Assembly (NCBI GenBank): GCA_964438385.1
Contig: CAYTKI010000028.1
Coordinates: forward strand, 6,521 to 70,520
DNA: 64,000 nt
Origin: an uncultured Methanosarcinales archaeon
GTDB lineage: Archaea; Nanobdellota; Nanobdellia; Woesearchaeales; GW2011-AR4
Reading direction: 5' to 3'
Part shown: one piece after another, positions 27,701 through 37,614 of the stretch
How the letters are laid out: every line of letters begins with the position of its first letter
Position numbering within the stretch: the first letter of the stretch is position 1
Program-made: the position numbers and the translations under genes
The notes under the pieces: model-generated
Database searches by the model: none
Told to the model about the DNA's origin: nothing
Seen by the model: the letters and a program-made list of their open reading frames with translations, nothing else

Positions 27701-28277
27701 CCTCTGTTGGGTCATAAGGCTCATAGCCCATCATGACGCGGATATAGTCCGCAACGAGGAGTGAGACCGCTCCTGCGGTGCCTCCCGCGCTTCTGATGGG
27801 CCCAGAAAACATCAGCGCAAAATAGTCCTTGCCATCTTTTCTTTTTTTGAGCTTAAGTTCCACAAATCCCTCAAGTGGCGATGCGACTACCCCTAAAGTA
27901 AGATAGGCAATTCCAATCCGAATTCCGGTCTCCATCGCTTCCCTTTCTGTGGCAAATGCGCAGTACTTCTGTTGGGAGACCTCAAGTGAGACTTGCAGCG
28001 CGACCCTCCAATCCAGTTTCCCGAATTTCTGCTCAAGCTCCTGGATGCGCTGTGGAATTCCTTTACCTCGGATCTGTGGCATGGCAGCGCTCACAAGCCC
28101 CTCAACTCTTTCTGAGAGGTTTTTTGCAAGGGGGATATTCACATCCATTTCAGGGTCAAATCCCTTGGAGCGCGCCTGCTGCGCAAGCGTATATGCTTCC
28201 TGCACCTGCGAGAAGATGGAATCTGTGTATGCCTGCATCTCCTCACTCATTTCATTGTTAATGTGTGTTATAGCCAT
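24726..28277 (-). CDS. polC: DNA polymerase II (PolD) large subunit DP2
   Basis: Start taken at MAITHINNEMSEEMQAY; conserved DP2 blocks (FSGPIRSAGGTAG..., Cys clusters CKQCNHH...CEKCG...CKMCG); no intein. Confidence 0.9.
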   Translation of the reverse strand: MAITHINNEMSEEMQAYTDSIFSQVQEAYTLAQQARSKGFDPEMDVNIPLAKNLSERVEGLVSAAMPQIRGKGIPQRIQELEQKFGKLDWRVALQVSLEVSQQKYCAFATEREAMETGIRIGIAYLTLGVVASPLEGFVELKLKKRKDGKDYFALMFSGPIRSAGGTAGAVSLLVADYIRVMMGYEPYDPTEEEVKRSATELHDYHDRITNLQYLPSEEEIHFLTRHIPVQIDGDPSEDIEVSNHKDIPRIDTNKIRGGFCLVTGECIAQKASKVWTQLSKWGKDFNLEHWIFLKDFLALQNSIKSKSKVADKEEKISPVYTYIKDLVAGRPVLTHPLAVGGFRLRYGRGRTTGYSAAAIHPATMHILNRYIAIGTQLKVERPGKAAALASCDSIEGPIVKLKNGDVVLLDTEQKAKAAAREVAEILFLGDILFSYGDFFNRAHPLVPAGYCEEWWARELECAITKKHGSLDFPTSSDELNQNEELIRGLIGNPLQVKPGCGLALLISKSYGIPLHPLYTYHWKTISKEQLSLLINWLRDGQLEITQEGKHKLVLPLITDSKRVLEILGIPHTVAQNEFVVIKGEECTALVSTLAMLKDDWHALLLKELAEKEILESLSAVCGIILRDKSGTFIGARMGRPEKAKLRKLTGSPHVLFPVGEEGGRLRSFQSAMGEGVVEGEFPNFICKQCNHHTVLGVCEKCGRQAIKLYHCKMCGLIEMTHCKIHGKAATFTKQKININQIFDDVAKTMKMDVIPDLIKGVKGTSSKDHIPEHPLKGILRAKYDIAVNKDGTSRYDATQLPITHFKPNEIGTGILRLKELGYLKDIHGRELMDDDQLLELKPQDLILPACPDSPDAGADKVLFNTTKCIDDMLALMYGLNGYYNLSSAQDLVGHLVMVLAPHTSAAIVGRILGFSQTQGLLAHPMLHAATRRDCDGDEACVTLLLDGLLNFSRQFLPATRGATQDAPLVLTSKVVPSEVDDMLFDLDVAWTYPLEFYEACLQFKKPWEVPIEKMGKRINTPLQYEGIGFTHGTSNINNGVLCSAYKILPSMEEKLRGQMDLADRIRAVDAADVARLVIEKHLIRDIRGNLRKFSTQEFRCVKCNEKFRRPPLIGKCTKCSGRILFTVSEGSVIKYLEPAISLAAKYHLPAYLQQSLALTKDRVEETFGREKEKQEGLGRWFG

Positions 28278-28328
28278 TTTTTTGTTTTTAATCTTGGATG
28301 GTGGTTTTAAAGGCAATGCCCTGTTATT

Positions 28329-29912
28329 TTATTGGTTTCCAAATTTCAAAATCTTGATCTCTCTTGTCTGCAAGTTCACAACAGGGACCCTACCGGGCTC
28401 GGGGTGGTGCCCGACTTTTTCCTGGAATGCAGTTTTGGACTGCCAGCAGGATCCGCAAATCAGTGTGGTTCCTTTGTAGTTTGCGGAGACTGATTTGTGG
28501 ATGTGCCCGCTGATGAAAAAATCTGGGACGGTCTCGATGACTAGCGGGTCGCGATTCCTGTCGGGGACATATTGGTTTGAAGTGTGTGTGGGTGCAAGGT
28601 GCCTTCTTTGGAGGAGAAATTTCATGATGAGGTCGGCGCGGTCATAGCCGCCCTGGTTTCGCAGCGAATTCACTTCAGCGACAAAATGATCAAAGGAATA
28701 GCCATGATACATAAGGACATTGAAGCCGGAAAAATCTCTGGAGGAGTGGATGTTGATGAGCGCGGGGTTTGAAACGATGGTTGCATTTGGAATCTCGTAA
28801 ATTGGGGCAGAATAGGTCTTGGTGAATAATGGCTGCGGCTCTGCGAGCCGAACGGCATCATGATTTCCAGGGCAAATAATCATCTGGATATTTTGTGGGA
28901 TTCTCTTGAGAAGATCGGCGCAGATTCTGTATTGGTCATAGATATCCTTGATATCAAGCTCATCTTCCTGGCCAGGGTAGATGCCGACCCCATCCACCAA
29001 ATCACCGGTGACGAAAAGGTATTTTACTTTGGATGCAATCTCTCTCTGCTTCTCATTGCCCACTTCTCCATTTATCCATTTGAGGAATTTTTCAAAGTCT
29101 TCCGCCAGGAACTTGGCGGAGCCGAGGTGGATATCGGATATGAAAGCGGCATATACTTCATCTGTGGATTTTTTCGTGTCTGTGGAGGGGATATCTGGCA
29201 GAAACAGCTCATTTGCAAAAACAATGGCATCCCCATTCACCCCTATGACACCGATGACTTCATCCATCACGATGTCCGAGGCCTTGCGATAGAGCTCCGG
29301 CTTGTTTTTGTTAACAAGCACCTTGATGGCGCCGGTCGGATCTTCTAAAGTGAGCATGAGGTTTCCATTTTTGGTTGTGTCCTTCCCATTCACCATACCG
29401 ATGAGTGCCAAGGGCTCTTTTTCCCTTCGCTTCAGGAGATGTTTTATTGAGATGGTTGACTGCAGAGCTTGCCGTGTCTTGAGTATCTTTTCGATGGCGC
29501 GAAAGCGGTGGTTGAAGTAGTCAACAAAATCCTGTACGTTGCGCTTGATGTTTTCTTCGTTATAGGAAAATTCCACCTTGACAGGATATTTTTGGTTTGG
29601 GAAGTGTTGTGCGAGGGGGGTCTCCTGAAGAAGGGAGATTTTTTCCATTGCCCTTTCGTAGCTTGCCTTGTTGCCTTTTTCCTGCAATACTTTGATCCTC
29701 TCAAGTTCAGTCCAGTTGAGTCCTTTGGTGTGGTGTTGTGTTACCTCTGTGCTCATCACCGTCGCACCAGAAGTGGCATGCATGCGCGCATAGAAACTCT
29801 CAAAATCATCATCTTCTGTGATGGAGTTAAGAAGGTCTGCGCTCAGTAGTATCCCGCGCTTGAGGAAATTGGAAACGATTTCTTTTTTCCGGAGGATTGG
29901 GTGCTCGTGCAT
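28329..29912 (-). CDS. polB: DNA polymerase II (PolD) small subunit DP1
   Basis: Calcineurin-like phosphoesterase motifs FISDIHLGS, GNHD, GHIH; N-terminal region typical of DP1; start overlaps cdc6 stop by 1 nt (TGATG). Confidence 0.9.
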   Translation of the reverse strand: MHEHPILRKKEIVSNFLKRGILLSADLLNSITEDDDFESFYARMHATSGATVMSTEVTQHHTKGLNWTELERIKVLQEKGNKASYERAMEKISLLQETPLAQHFPNQKYPVKVEFSYNEENIKRNVQDFVDYFNHRFRAIEKILKTRQALQSTISIKHLLKRREKEPLALIGMVNGKDTTKNGNLMLTLEDPTGAIKVLVNKNKPELYRKASDIVMDEVIGVIGVNGDAIVFANELFLPDIPSTDTKKSTDEVYAAFISDIHLGSAKFLAEDFEKFLKWINGEVGNEKQREIASKVKYLFVTGDLVDGVGIYPGQEDELDIKDIYDQYRICADLLKRIPQNIQMIICPGNHDAVRLAEPQPLFTKTYSAPIYEIPNATIVSNPALINIHSSRDFSGFNVLMYHGYSFDHFVAEVNSLRNQGGYDRADLIMKFLLQRRHLAPTHTSNQYVPDRNRDPLVIETVPDFFISGHIHKSVSANYKGTTLICGSCWQSKTAFQEKVGHHPEPGRVPVVNLQTREIKILKFGNQ

Positions 29913-31117
29913 CAGAGGTGCAATTGCTCGGAGAGCTGCTGCTTTATTTTTGGTATGATTTGTTGTGGGAGGGAAAGGGAGATTTCGCGCATCCTCCCAT
30001 ACCTCCCTTTGGAGATGATTTTTGCGTTGATGAATCCGAGCATATCAAATTCGCCTAGGATGTCAGATATTCTTCTTTGGGTGAGTGGCCTCATTCCTGC
30101 TTTTGCGCAATGGAGTTTGTAGAGTGAGTATACTTCTCCTGTGAAGATGTTGGAATTTCTCGGTTGGATAGAGAGTATGGTGTAAAGCGCAAGCTGGTGC
30201 TGCGCTGGTTGTGTGGAAATGAGTTCTGTGAAGCGATCCCTATCAATCTTCTCATCCGCTTCATCGAGGTGGAGGAGTGTTATTTTTGGTGAGTTTGCCC
30301 GCTCAGCCAGCTCTCCTGAGATGCGTAAGAGGTCAAGTGCCCTCCTCGCATCCCCATGCTCGCGAGCAGCGAGCGCCGCGCATTTCTCAATAACACCCTC
30401 TTCTACTATGCCTTGTTTAAATGCAGAATTTGCGCGATGGTGAAGGATATGTTGGAGTTGCGGCGCATTATAAGGAGGAAACACTATCTCTTCCTGAGAA
30501 AGTGATGATCTCACTCTGGGATCGATATGGTCGATGAGGGTAAGGTCATTGGAGATTCCGATAAGAGAGAGGTGGTTTGTCTGGTGATCTTCATTGATGC
30601 GTAGGAGATTATAGAGGGTATTGTCCCCTGCTTTATTGAGGAGGTGATCAACTTCATCCAATATAACAATCACATTTTTTCCCCGTTTCGCAAGCGCACT
30701 GAGAAAATGCTTATAGATATCCTTTGTTGGAAGCCCTGTAGAGGGAACTTCTCTTCCCAAGGCGGAGCAGAGTTCTGCCATGAGGCGATATTCAGTGTCT
30801 GCAGTGCGGTTGAGTTTGCAGTTAACATATACTATATCGAGGGGGATATTTTCCTTCTGTGCAACTGCTAGAAGCCCTGCTGCAGTGTATCTGACTGTAA
30901 GTGTTTTTCCACTGCCGGTTTTTCCATAGATAAAAATATTTGAAGGGCGTTCCTGCTTAAGCGCTGGTGCAAGTGTGTGCGCGAGAAGATTGATTTGATC
31001 CTCCCTATGGGGAAGCTTTTCAGGGATGAATGAGTTTTGTAGTGCCTTCTTTTCCAAAAAAAGCGATTCTTTTTTGAGAAAATTCTCAAAAAATATATTC
31101 AATCCACTTTCCCCCAT
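29912..31117 (-). CDS. cdc6: Orc1/Cdc6 origin-recognition/initiator protein
   Basis: AAA+ Walker A IYGKTGSGKT, Walker B IVILDEVD, C-terminal winged helix; start set to MGESGLNIFFENFLKK (31117) because TATA-like tatataaatata lies 25-35 nt upstream; ORF alternatively extends to 31177. Confidence 0.9.
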   Translation of the reverse strand: MGESGLNIFFENFLKKESLFLEKKALQNSFIPEKLPHREDQINLLAHTLAPALKQERPSNIFIYGKTGSGKTLTVRYTAAGLLAVAQKENIPLDIVYVNCKLNRTADTEYRLMAELCSALGREVPSTGLPTKDIYKHFLSALAKRGKNVIVILDEVDHLLNKAGDNTLYNLLRINEDHQTNHLSLIGISNDLTLIDHIDPRVRSSLSQEEIVFPPYNAPQLQHILHHRANSAFKQGIVEEGVIEKCAALAAREHGDARRALDLLRISGELAERANSPKITLLHLDEADEKIDRDRFTELISTQPAQHQLALYTILSIQPRNSNIFTGEVYSLYKLHCAKAGMRPLTQRRISDILGEFDMLGFINAKIISKGRYGRMREISLSLPQQIIPKIKQQLSEQLHL

Positions 31118-31177
31118 AAAGATTCCAAACGAAATGGAGGTATATAAATATATGGTTTTTCTCTTTCCTACCCCCAC

Positions 31178-31508
31178 CCCACCACTTCCTATGGAAAATA
31201 AAAAATACTCACATTCCCTTCATTTTTCTAACAAAAAAAACAACAAAAAACCCTTATTATTATTATTTTCTATATAGATAAATTATTATTATTATTAAAA
31301 ATAAAAAAATAATAAAAAACACCTCCAAAGGAAATGATGGTGTAACACTATCACTATTAATAATAAAAAACACACACCAAATCAACCATTAAAAAATCCA
31401 CCACAAAGAAAAAGAGAGGAATAAGAAAGGTGGTGGACAGCACCATATATTCTCACCCAAACAAAAAGCAGCATATACTTTTAAATAAACAAAGCCGTTC
31501 ATTTCATT
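31178..31508. other. candidate replication origin (oriC) upstream of cdc6
   Basis: Non-coding, strongly AT/purine-skewed; (TTA)4 tracts at 31255-31267 and 31283-31297; mini-ORB-like cTTCCtaTGGAAAa (31186-31198) and cTCCaaaGGAAAt (31323-31335); 8-bp inverted repeat TCCACCAC/GTGGTGGA (31397-31404/31430-31437). Confidence 0.4.
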
Positions 31509-32414
31509 ATGTGTGTGGTTGTTGGTGGTTCTGGTTTTATAGGAAGGGTTCTTGTACAAAAATTACTTGAGCAGGGGAAAAAAGTGAAAGTAATTGATAT
31601 ATCTCCTTTCCCCTTCACCCATAAAAACCTCACTTTCACTAATAAATCAATCCTAGATGACCTCTCTACAGACTTTAAAGATTGTGAGGTTGTTTACCAT
31701 TTTGCCGCTGTTCTCGGAGTCGCAAATTCTGACCAGCACCCCTTAAAAACACTCGAGATCAATCTCCTAGGCGCGCGCAACGTATTCAAGACAGTAGTTG
31801 AGCAGAATGTCAAGACAATCATTTTCTCATCATCCTCGGAAGTGTATGGGGAGCCACGCGAGCTTCCCATCAGGGAAGATACTATAAAAGGCCCAGTCTC
31901 TATATATGGAGTCTCAAAACTTGCAGCGGAGATGTATGCGCTCGCATACTTCAAGGAGAGTGGTGTGGATTTTCGTATTGTCCGGTTTTTTAATGTCTAT
32001 GGGCCTGGCCAGGAGCCTCAATTTGTTATCCCTCTCTTCATCAAAAGTGTTCTTGAAGGCAAGCCACCAAAAGTGTATGGCAGCGGCAGCCAGACAAGGT
32101 GTTTCACGTATGTTGAGGACGCAGTTGATGGGGTGTGTGCTGTTTTGAATAAAGGAAAGCCAGGAGAGGCCTACAACATAGGCAACAACCAGCAGACAAC
32201 CATCCTTGAGCTCGCAAAGATTGTGATTAAGGTATCAGGTAAAAATATCGAACCGGACACAGTTCCTTTCGGCAGCACAACACGGCAAAAAGAGCGTGAG
32301 ATAAACTACAGGCAGCCGGACATCTCAAGGATGAATAGTCTGGGATGGAAGCCCCTTGTTATGGTGGAGGAAGGTGTCCAAAAGACATACGAGTCAATGG
32401 CCAAACAGAAATGA
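31509..32414 (+). CDS. NAD-dependent epimerase/dehydratase (extended SDR; UDP-sugar 4-epimerase/decarboxylase-like)
   Basis: GGSGFIGRVL Rossmann motif, catalytic YGVSK (YxxxK). Confidence 0.8.
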   Translation: MCVVVGGSGFIGRVLVQKLLEQGKKVKVIDISPFPFTHKNLTFTNKSILDDLSTDFKDCEVVYHFAAVLGVANSDQHPLKTLEINLLGARNVFKTVVEQNVKTIIFSSSSEVYGEPRELPIREDTIKGPVSIYGVSKLAAEMYALAYFKESGVDFRIVRFFNVYGPGQEPQFVIPLFIKSVLEGKPPKVYGSGSQTRCFTYVEDAVDGVCAVLNKGKPGEAYNIGNNQQTTILELAKIVIKVSGKNIEPDTVPFGSTTRQKEREINYRQPDISRMNSLGWKPLVMVEEGVQKTYESMAKQK

Positions 32415-34087
32415 GCACAAGGAAATCAGGCATCCAAAAGTCAACAACAAAGCGGGATATTATCCTCCTCATTGTAGCCGTTTTTCTCCTTACCCTCCCT
32501 TTTCTCAACAAAGCTGTGCACGTGGATGATATCTACATTCTCGCAGCCAAGGATAATATTCTCAATCACCCTCTCAACCCCTATGGCTTTGATTTCGATT
32601 TCGCGCAGGGCCACACGGATTTTTATTCCCATTATTCAGGGCCGCCTACACTTGCCTATTATTTTGCCCTCATCTCTCTCTTTCTTTCTAACTCACTTAT
32701 CCTTTTTCATCTCTTCATGATTATTTTTCCCCTCAGTGCTGTAATATCCCTCTATTTTCTTTCCAAAAAGTATGTCAAAAACCCACTCTGGCCGCCGCTC
32801 CTCATGCTCTCCACACCAACATTTCTCGTGACGTCCCACAACTTTATGCCGGATGTGCCAGTCGCCTCAATGTTTATTCTCTCAATTACTCTGTTTTTGT
32901 ATGGGCTGGAGAAAAACAGCAGGATGCTTCTCCTCACCGGAGCAATCGCGGCAGGGGCTGCAATGCTTCTCAAGTATACCGCACTGCTCCTCTTTCCCCT
33001 CATCATCCTTATCTGCATCATCTCGGGAAAGGCTTCAAAAATGAAATATCTTCTTATCTCCTTCGCAATACTGCTCTCCTGGTCCATTCCTTCATTTCTT
33101 CTCTATGGAAATTTCCATCTGGTTGAGATTTTTTCCTTTTATGAAAGCGGCAAAGGTGTTGGCAGTTTTTCACTCCAAATCATCATTCCATATGTTACAC
33201 TCATCATCTCCCAGCTTTCCCATTTTGGCGGGGCATCCATTTTCCCTTTAGCGCTTACACTTCCTTTCCTCAAGGGGAGAAAAAACCGCATGGCATTTCT
33301 CATCAGCATGCTCCTCCCCCTCCCATTCTTGGCATTCCTCTACAATTTTTCCTCAACCTTTATTTCCGGCCAATATTCATTTGTCCAGCTTGCGCTGCTC
33401 GAAATTTTTATTTCCTCCGCCTTTTTCTTCCTTTATCTCCTCCTCCGCTTTTTACCTACATCAGTATCCTCCCTCAAAAATCCCCTCTCCCTGCTATCCA
33501 TATGGTTTTTTACCGTCTATGCAGCTAACTCCCTAGTTGTAGGGGGAGCCGCGCGCTACAACACCCTCCTACTCGCGCCGCTTGCCATACTCTTTTGCGT
33601 GCTTATAGAGTCCCACAATCCTTCCACTCAACAGAAACGGGCGCTGCAAACAACTTTCATCCTCACCCTTCTCCTTGGTATCGGCGTTGCGGTTGCAGAC
33701 TATACATATGCAGATTCCTACAGGGAATTCGCGCAGCACAACCCAACATACAAAACACAAACAAACACCGTCTGGTTTTTGGGCCATGGGGGATTTGCCT
33801 ACTACATGAAGCAGGAAGGGTATTCCATGCTCCCTGCACTAAGCGAGTTCCCAAGGCAAGGGGACTACATCATAAAAGCGCAAATCCCATTCCCCCGGCC
33901 CTTAAGCGGCCAGCTATTCAGCCGCATAGAATTAATTTCCACTACCTCTACTCAAAGCCCATTCCCTCTTCGTGTAGAACATCCCCCCTCACACGCCGGG
34001 TTATATACATATGGATCGGGATTCCTTCCTTACTCATTCTCCACACAGCCACTTGAGCGTTTTGAAGTCTATAAGGTGATAAGATAA
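32411..34087 (+). CDS. polytopic membrane protein, putative GT-C fold glycosyltransferase (ArnT/PMT-like)
   Basis: >=12 predicted TM helices; acidic VHVDDIY motif in first extracytoplasmic loop; ATGA overlap with upstream epimerase. Confidence 0.45.
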   Translation: MSTRKSGIQKSTTKRDIILLIVAVFLLTLPFLNKAVHVDDIYILAAKDNILNHPLNPYGFDFDFAQGHTDFYSHYSGPPTLAYYFALISLFLSNSLILFHLFMIIFPLSAVISLYFLSKKYVKNPLWPPLLMLSTPTFLVTSHNFMPDVPVASMFILSITLFLYGLEKNSRMLLLTGAIAAGAAMLLKYTALLLFPLIILICIISGKASKMKYLLISFAILLSWSIPSFLLYGNFHLVEIFSFYESGKGVGSFSLQIIIPYVTLIISQLSHFGGASIFPLALTLPFLKGRKNRMAFLISMLLPLPFLAFLYNFSSTFISGQYSFVQLALLEIFISSAFFFLYLLLRFLPTSVSSLKNPLSLLSIWFFTVYAANSLVVGGAARYNTLLLAPLAILFCVLIESHNPSTQQKRALQTTFILTLLLGIGVAVADYTYADSYREFAQHNPTYKTQTNTVWFLGHGGFAYYMKQEGYSMLPALSEFPRQGDYIIKAQIPFPRPLSGQLFSRIELISTTSTQSPFPLRVEHPPSHAGLYTYGSGFLPYSFSTQPLERFEVYKVIR

Positions 34088-34171
34088 ATAAGGTAAAGTG
34101 ATAAGGTAAATAAGGACTACTGCACTATAGTTTCTCCAAACCTTTAAAAAAACCAGTTTTTCATACCGGTT

Positions 34172-35617
34172 ATGCTCTTCAACTCATTGGGATTTTTGGT
34201 TTTTTTCACTGTAATCATTTTTCTGTACTTCTCACTTCCCCACCGCTTCCGCTGGATTCTCCTTCTCATAGCAAGCTACTGGTTCTACATGAGCGCAAAG
34301 GCAGAGTATGGGATTCTCCTCTTGATATCCACCCTTCTTGGCTACTTCGGTGCCGTGTGGATAGGAAAAACTGAAGACCAAATAAAAAGAAAATGGCTGC
34401 TTTGGGCAAGCATACTTGGGAACCTTTCCCTGCTCCTCTATTTCAAGTATGCAAACTTCATCAGCGATAACATCAGTGCAGCATTCAAGCTCATGAGCAT
34501 TGAATTTTCACCCCTGATGCTGAAAATTGTGCTCCCAATAGGCATTTCTTTCTACACTTTCCAGGCAATCAGCTACACGATTGATGTCTACCACAAAAGG
34601 ATTCCTGCTGAGAGGCATTTTGGATTATATGCAGTCTACCATGCGTTCTTCCCGCAGCTCGTTGCAGGCCCAATCGAGAGGGGAGGTCATCTCTTACCGC
34701 AGTTTCGAGAAGAGCATTCATGGAGCTATGGCAACCTTATTTCCGGACTTTGGCTTATGCTCTGGGGCTTTTCCAAGAAAATCGTGATTGCGGACAATCT
34801 TGCCGTGGTGGTCAATCTTATCTACAATAATCCCGCCGCATATGAAGGGTGGCCGCTTCTCCTCGCAACACTCTTTTTCACCTTTCAGATTTACTGCGAC
34901 TTTTCCGGCTATTCGGATATCGCCCGCGGCTCAGCAAAGGTCATGGGCTTTGACCTTGTCATTAATTTCAACCGGCCGTTCATATCAAGAAACATAGGTG
35001 AATTCTGGAGGAGATGGCACATATCCCTTTCGAGCTGGTTTCAGGACTATGTTTTCACTCCATTTTATCTTAGGGTAACGAGGTGGAAAAAGATTGCACC
35101 CCTCGATACGGGAAAGAGGCACGCTCTCTCATTTCTCATCGCCATTGTCATCGTTGAAGTCCTATTGGGGATTTGGCACGGCGCGAATTGGACATTTGCC
35201 CTCTTTGGGCTCTATCATGGGCTTCTCATCCCTGCGTACTATTTTGGGAGAAAATGGTGGGATCGCATGCCAAAATTCCTGCAGGTTTCTGCTACGTTTG
35301 CCCTCATCAATATTGGCCTCCTTCTCTTCAGGTCGGTTACTATTGCAGATGGGGGGTATATCCTCACCCATCTCTTTTCAGGGCTTGGAAAAGGGATATT
35401 CTCATTCAACCTCGGCTTTTTCCTTCCAGGGCTGCTCTTTTACCTGGGGATGATATTCTTTTTGGTGATTGCGGAAGAGATCATCGAAACAAAAAAAGCA
35501 GTGCAGCTCTTTGAATCATCCATCTCCGCAAGATGGGCAGTTTCCACTTTCCTTATCATCGTGATCCTGCTATTCGGCAACTTCAATAAGGTTCAATTCA
35601 TTTACTTCCAATTTTGA
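34172..35617 (+). CDS. MBOAT family membrane-bound O-acyltransferase (AlgI/DltB-like)
   Basis: Multi-TM; conserved MBOAT His region FWRRWHISLSSWFQDYVF and upstream YTFQAISYTIDVY. Confidence 0.8.
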   Translation: MLFNSLGFLVFFTVIIFLYFSLPHRFRWILLLIASYWFYMSAKAEYGILLLISTLLGYFGAVWIGKTEDQIKRKWLLWASILGNLSLLLYFKYANFISDNISAAFKLMSIEFSPLMLKIVLPIGISFYTFQAISYTIDVYHKRIPAERHFGLYAVYHAFFPQLVAGPIERGGHLLPQFREEHSWSYGNLISGLWLMLWGFSKKIVIADNLAVVVNLIYNNPAAYEGWPLLLATLFFTFQIYCDFSGYSDIARGSAKVMGFDLVINFNRPFISRNIGEFWRRWHISLSSWFQDYVFTPFYLRVTRWKKIAPLDTGKRHALSFLIAIVIVEVLLGIWHGANWTFALFGLYHGLLIPAYYFGRKWWDRMPKFLQVSATFALINIGLLLFRSVTIADGGYILTHLFSGLGKGIFSFNLGFFLPGLLFYLGMIFFLVIAEEIIETKKAVQLFESSISARWAVSTFLIIVILLFGNFNKVQFIYFQF

Positions 35618-36615
35618 TGGCAATGGAAAACTACAAAAAGCAGATCATCAGGGGAATGGTATTTGTAATCATAGTCCTCGCGCTCATTTTCCTTGTTAAT
35701 GCCCTCTACTGGAATATCACCATCATAAAAACTGAGGAATACCGGCAGGAGGTAGAGTATCAAAAGTTCCTCTCATCAGGGGAACGGAAGCTGGATTACA
35801 CCTTCTTTGGAGACTCCCACCTCATGCTCGGGCTCGATCCACATATCATCCCCAACTCTTTCAACTTTGGAACAGTGGGTGAAAATTATGCCATCACCTA
35901 TTATCGGCTCAAGCGAGTAGTAGAGGAGGATGGAGTGGATATCGCAACTATTGTTCTCCCCCTCGATCCCCACTCTTTCTCCAGCTTCTTTGTAGAAAAG
36001 AAACTCCAGTTTCCCAACCTTTGGCTCTCCTCACAATATATCCCTCTCCGGGAAATTGCAAAATTCAGAAACGACTCCCTCCCCGTGCTCTGGCTCGATA
36101 CCAATTTTCCCTTCATCGGCAAGGGGCAATTCCTCATGGGAGATCTCATTGTCAAAAAATCATACCATTCTTCCTATCGGGGATGGTTCAATTATTCGGA
36201 TAATTTCTCGGCCATGGATAGAGCAGAGTATGCGCAGCGTAAGTACACGCAATTTTATGGCGGCCAGGAGGAGATAACCCCCCTCTCACTCGAATATTTC
36301 AAAAAGACACTCTCTCTTGCCCAAAACAGTAACATCACCATAATTCTTGTGAAATTTCCCCATTCAAGGGAATATGATGATCTCACCAAAAAGAATGGGC
36401 GCGACATGGAAAGGTACTACTCTACGCTCTTCCGGCACGCGAATGAGACGCTCACTCAGCCCTATTATTTCTTTGATTATTACTCTCTCTTTTTCAATAA
36501 TTCTGACTACCTCAAGGACCCAGATCATGTGAATTATCGGGGAGCGGAGATACTCTCACGCACCTTGTATGATGATTTGCAGAGCCGAGGCCTCACCCTG
36601 GTGGGAAAAGCTTAA
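35614..36615 (+). CDS. N-anchored SGNH/DltD-like partner of MBOAT
   Basis: Single N-terminal TM then domain with FFGDSH (GDS block); 4-nt overlap with MBOAT gene. Confidence 0.5.
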   Translation: MMAMENYKKQIIRGMVFVIIVLALIFLVNALYWNITIIKTEEYRQEVEYQKFLSSGERKLDYTFFGDSHLMLGLDPHIIPNSFNFGTVGENYAITYYRLKRVVEEDGVDIATIVLPLDPHSFSSFFVEKKLQFPNLWLSSQYIPLREIAKFRNDSLPVLWLDTNFPFIGKGQFLMGDLIVKKSYHSSYRGWFNYSDNFSAMDRAEYAQRKYTQFYGGQEEITPLSLEYFKKTLSLAQNSNITIILVKFPHSREYDDLTKKNGRDMERYYSTLFRHANETLTQPYYFFDYYSLFFNNSDYLKDPDHVNYRGAEILSRTLYDDLQSRGLTLVGKA

Positions 36616-36639
36616 ATCCCTCGTTTCAATCCACCCTCT

Positions 36640-37614
36640 ATGGCAAAACCCCTTCCACTCATCTCTGTAGTTTTTGTGACATATAATGGAAAATCTCTGC
36701 TCGCTAAGGCACTAAAATCCCTGAAAAATTCAACATTTAAAAGCTACGAGGTTCTTGTGGTGGACAATGCATCCACTGATGGCACTTCCAAATTCCTTAT
36801 CAAACAATTTCCTTCGATAAAGATTATCCTAAACAAAGAAAATCTTGGCTACACCGGAATCAACACAGCGCTGCCACATTGCAGGGGAAAGTTCATCCTT
36901 TTCCTCAATAACGATCTTGAGTTGCACAAAAACGCAATGGAGGAGATGCTCAATGCGCTGCAAAAAGACCGGCTCGCAGCCCTTGCTGCACCAAAGCTCG
37001 TCAACTATTATGATCGCAAGGTGGACTCAGCAGGCACCTGGGTCTCGCGCAGCTTTTATAACGGCCACTTCAGGGCGGAGAATGTGGATGATTCAATCAA
37101 AGAAATCCCCTACATGGGTATCGGGCTCATCAGAAAAGAGATTGTTGTTAAGTTTGGGCACCTCTTTGATCCGGATTATTTCATCTATGCCGAAGACCTT
37201 GACCTTGGCCTGCGCATCCGCATGCTGGGCATGAAGGTGCTTACTGTCCCAAAGGCAATCTGCTACCACATGCACTCCCAGACCATGAAAAATGTTCCGG
37301 ATGCCAAAAAGACATTCCTCCTTGAGCGCAACCTCCTCACTACGTTCTACAAAGATCTTTCTTTCCAATCTATTGTTTGTCTATTGCCCTATGTCTATGG
37401 TATGAGAGTAGTTGCCATCCTAAAAGACCTATTCTCAGGAAACGTGAGCATTGCGATAGCAAGAGTGAAAGCAATGACCATCGTGCTATTCAATCTACCC
37501 TCAATCATCAAAAAGCGAAGGCATGTTCAGCAGCTGCGCACTATGCCTGATTCATATGTGTTCAGGATTTTCACAGAAAAGCATTTATTCTCAAGCGACA
37601 AGACAAACGTATAG
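36640..37614 (+). CDS. family 2 glycosyltransferase
   Basis: VVFVTYNG...VLVVDNASTDGT and DxD-like motifs typical of GT2. Confidence 0.8.
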   Translation: MAKPLPLISVVFVTYNGKSLLAKALKSLKNSTFKSYEVLVVDNASTDGTSKFLIKQFPSIKIILNKENLGYTGINTALPHCRGKFILFLNNDLELHKNAMEEMLNALQKDRLAALAAPKLVNYYDRKVDSAGTWVSRSFYNGHFRAENVDDSIKEIPYMGIGLIRKEIVVKFGHLFDPDYFIYAEDLDLGLRIRMLGMKVLTVPKAICYHMHSQTMKNVPDAKKTFLLERNLLTTFYKDLSFQSIVCLLPYVYGMRVVAILKDLFSGNVSIAIARVKAMTIVLFNLPSIIKKRRHVQQLRTMPDSYVFRIFTEKHLFSSDKTNV

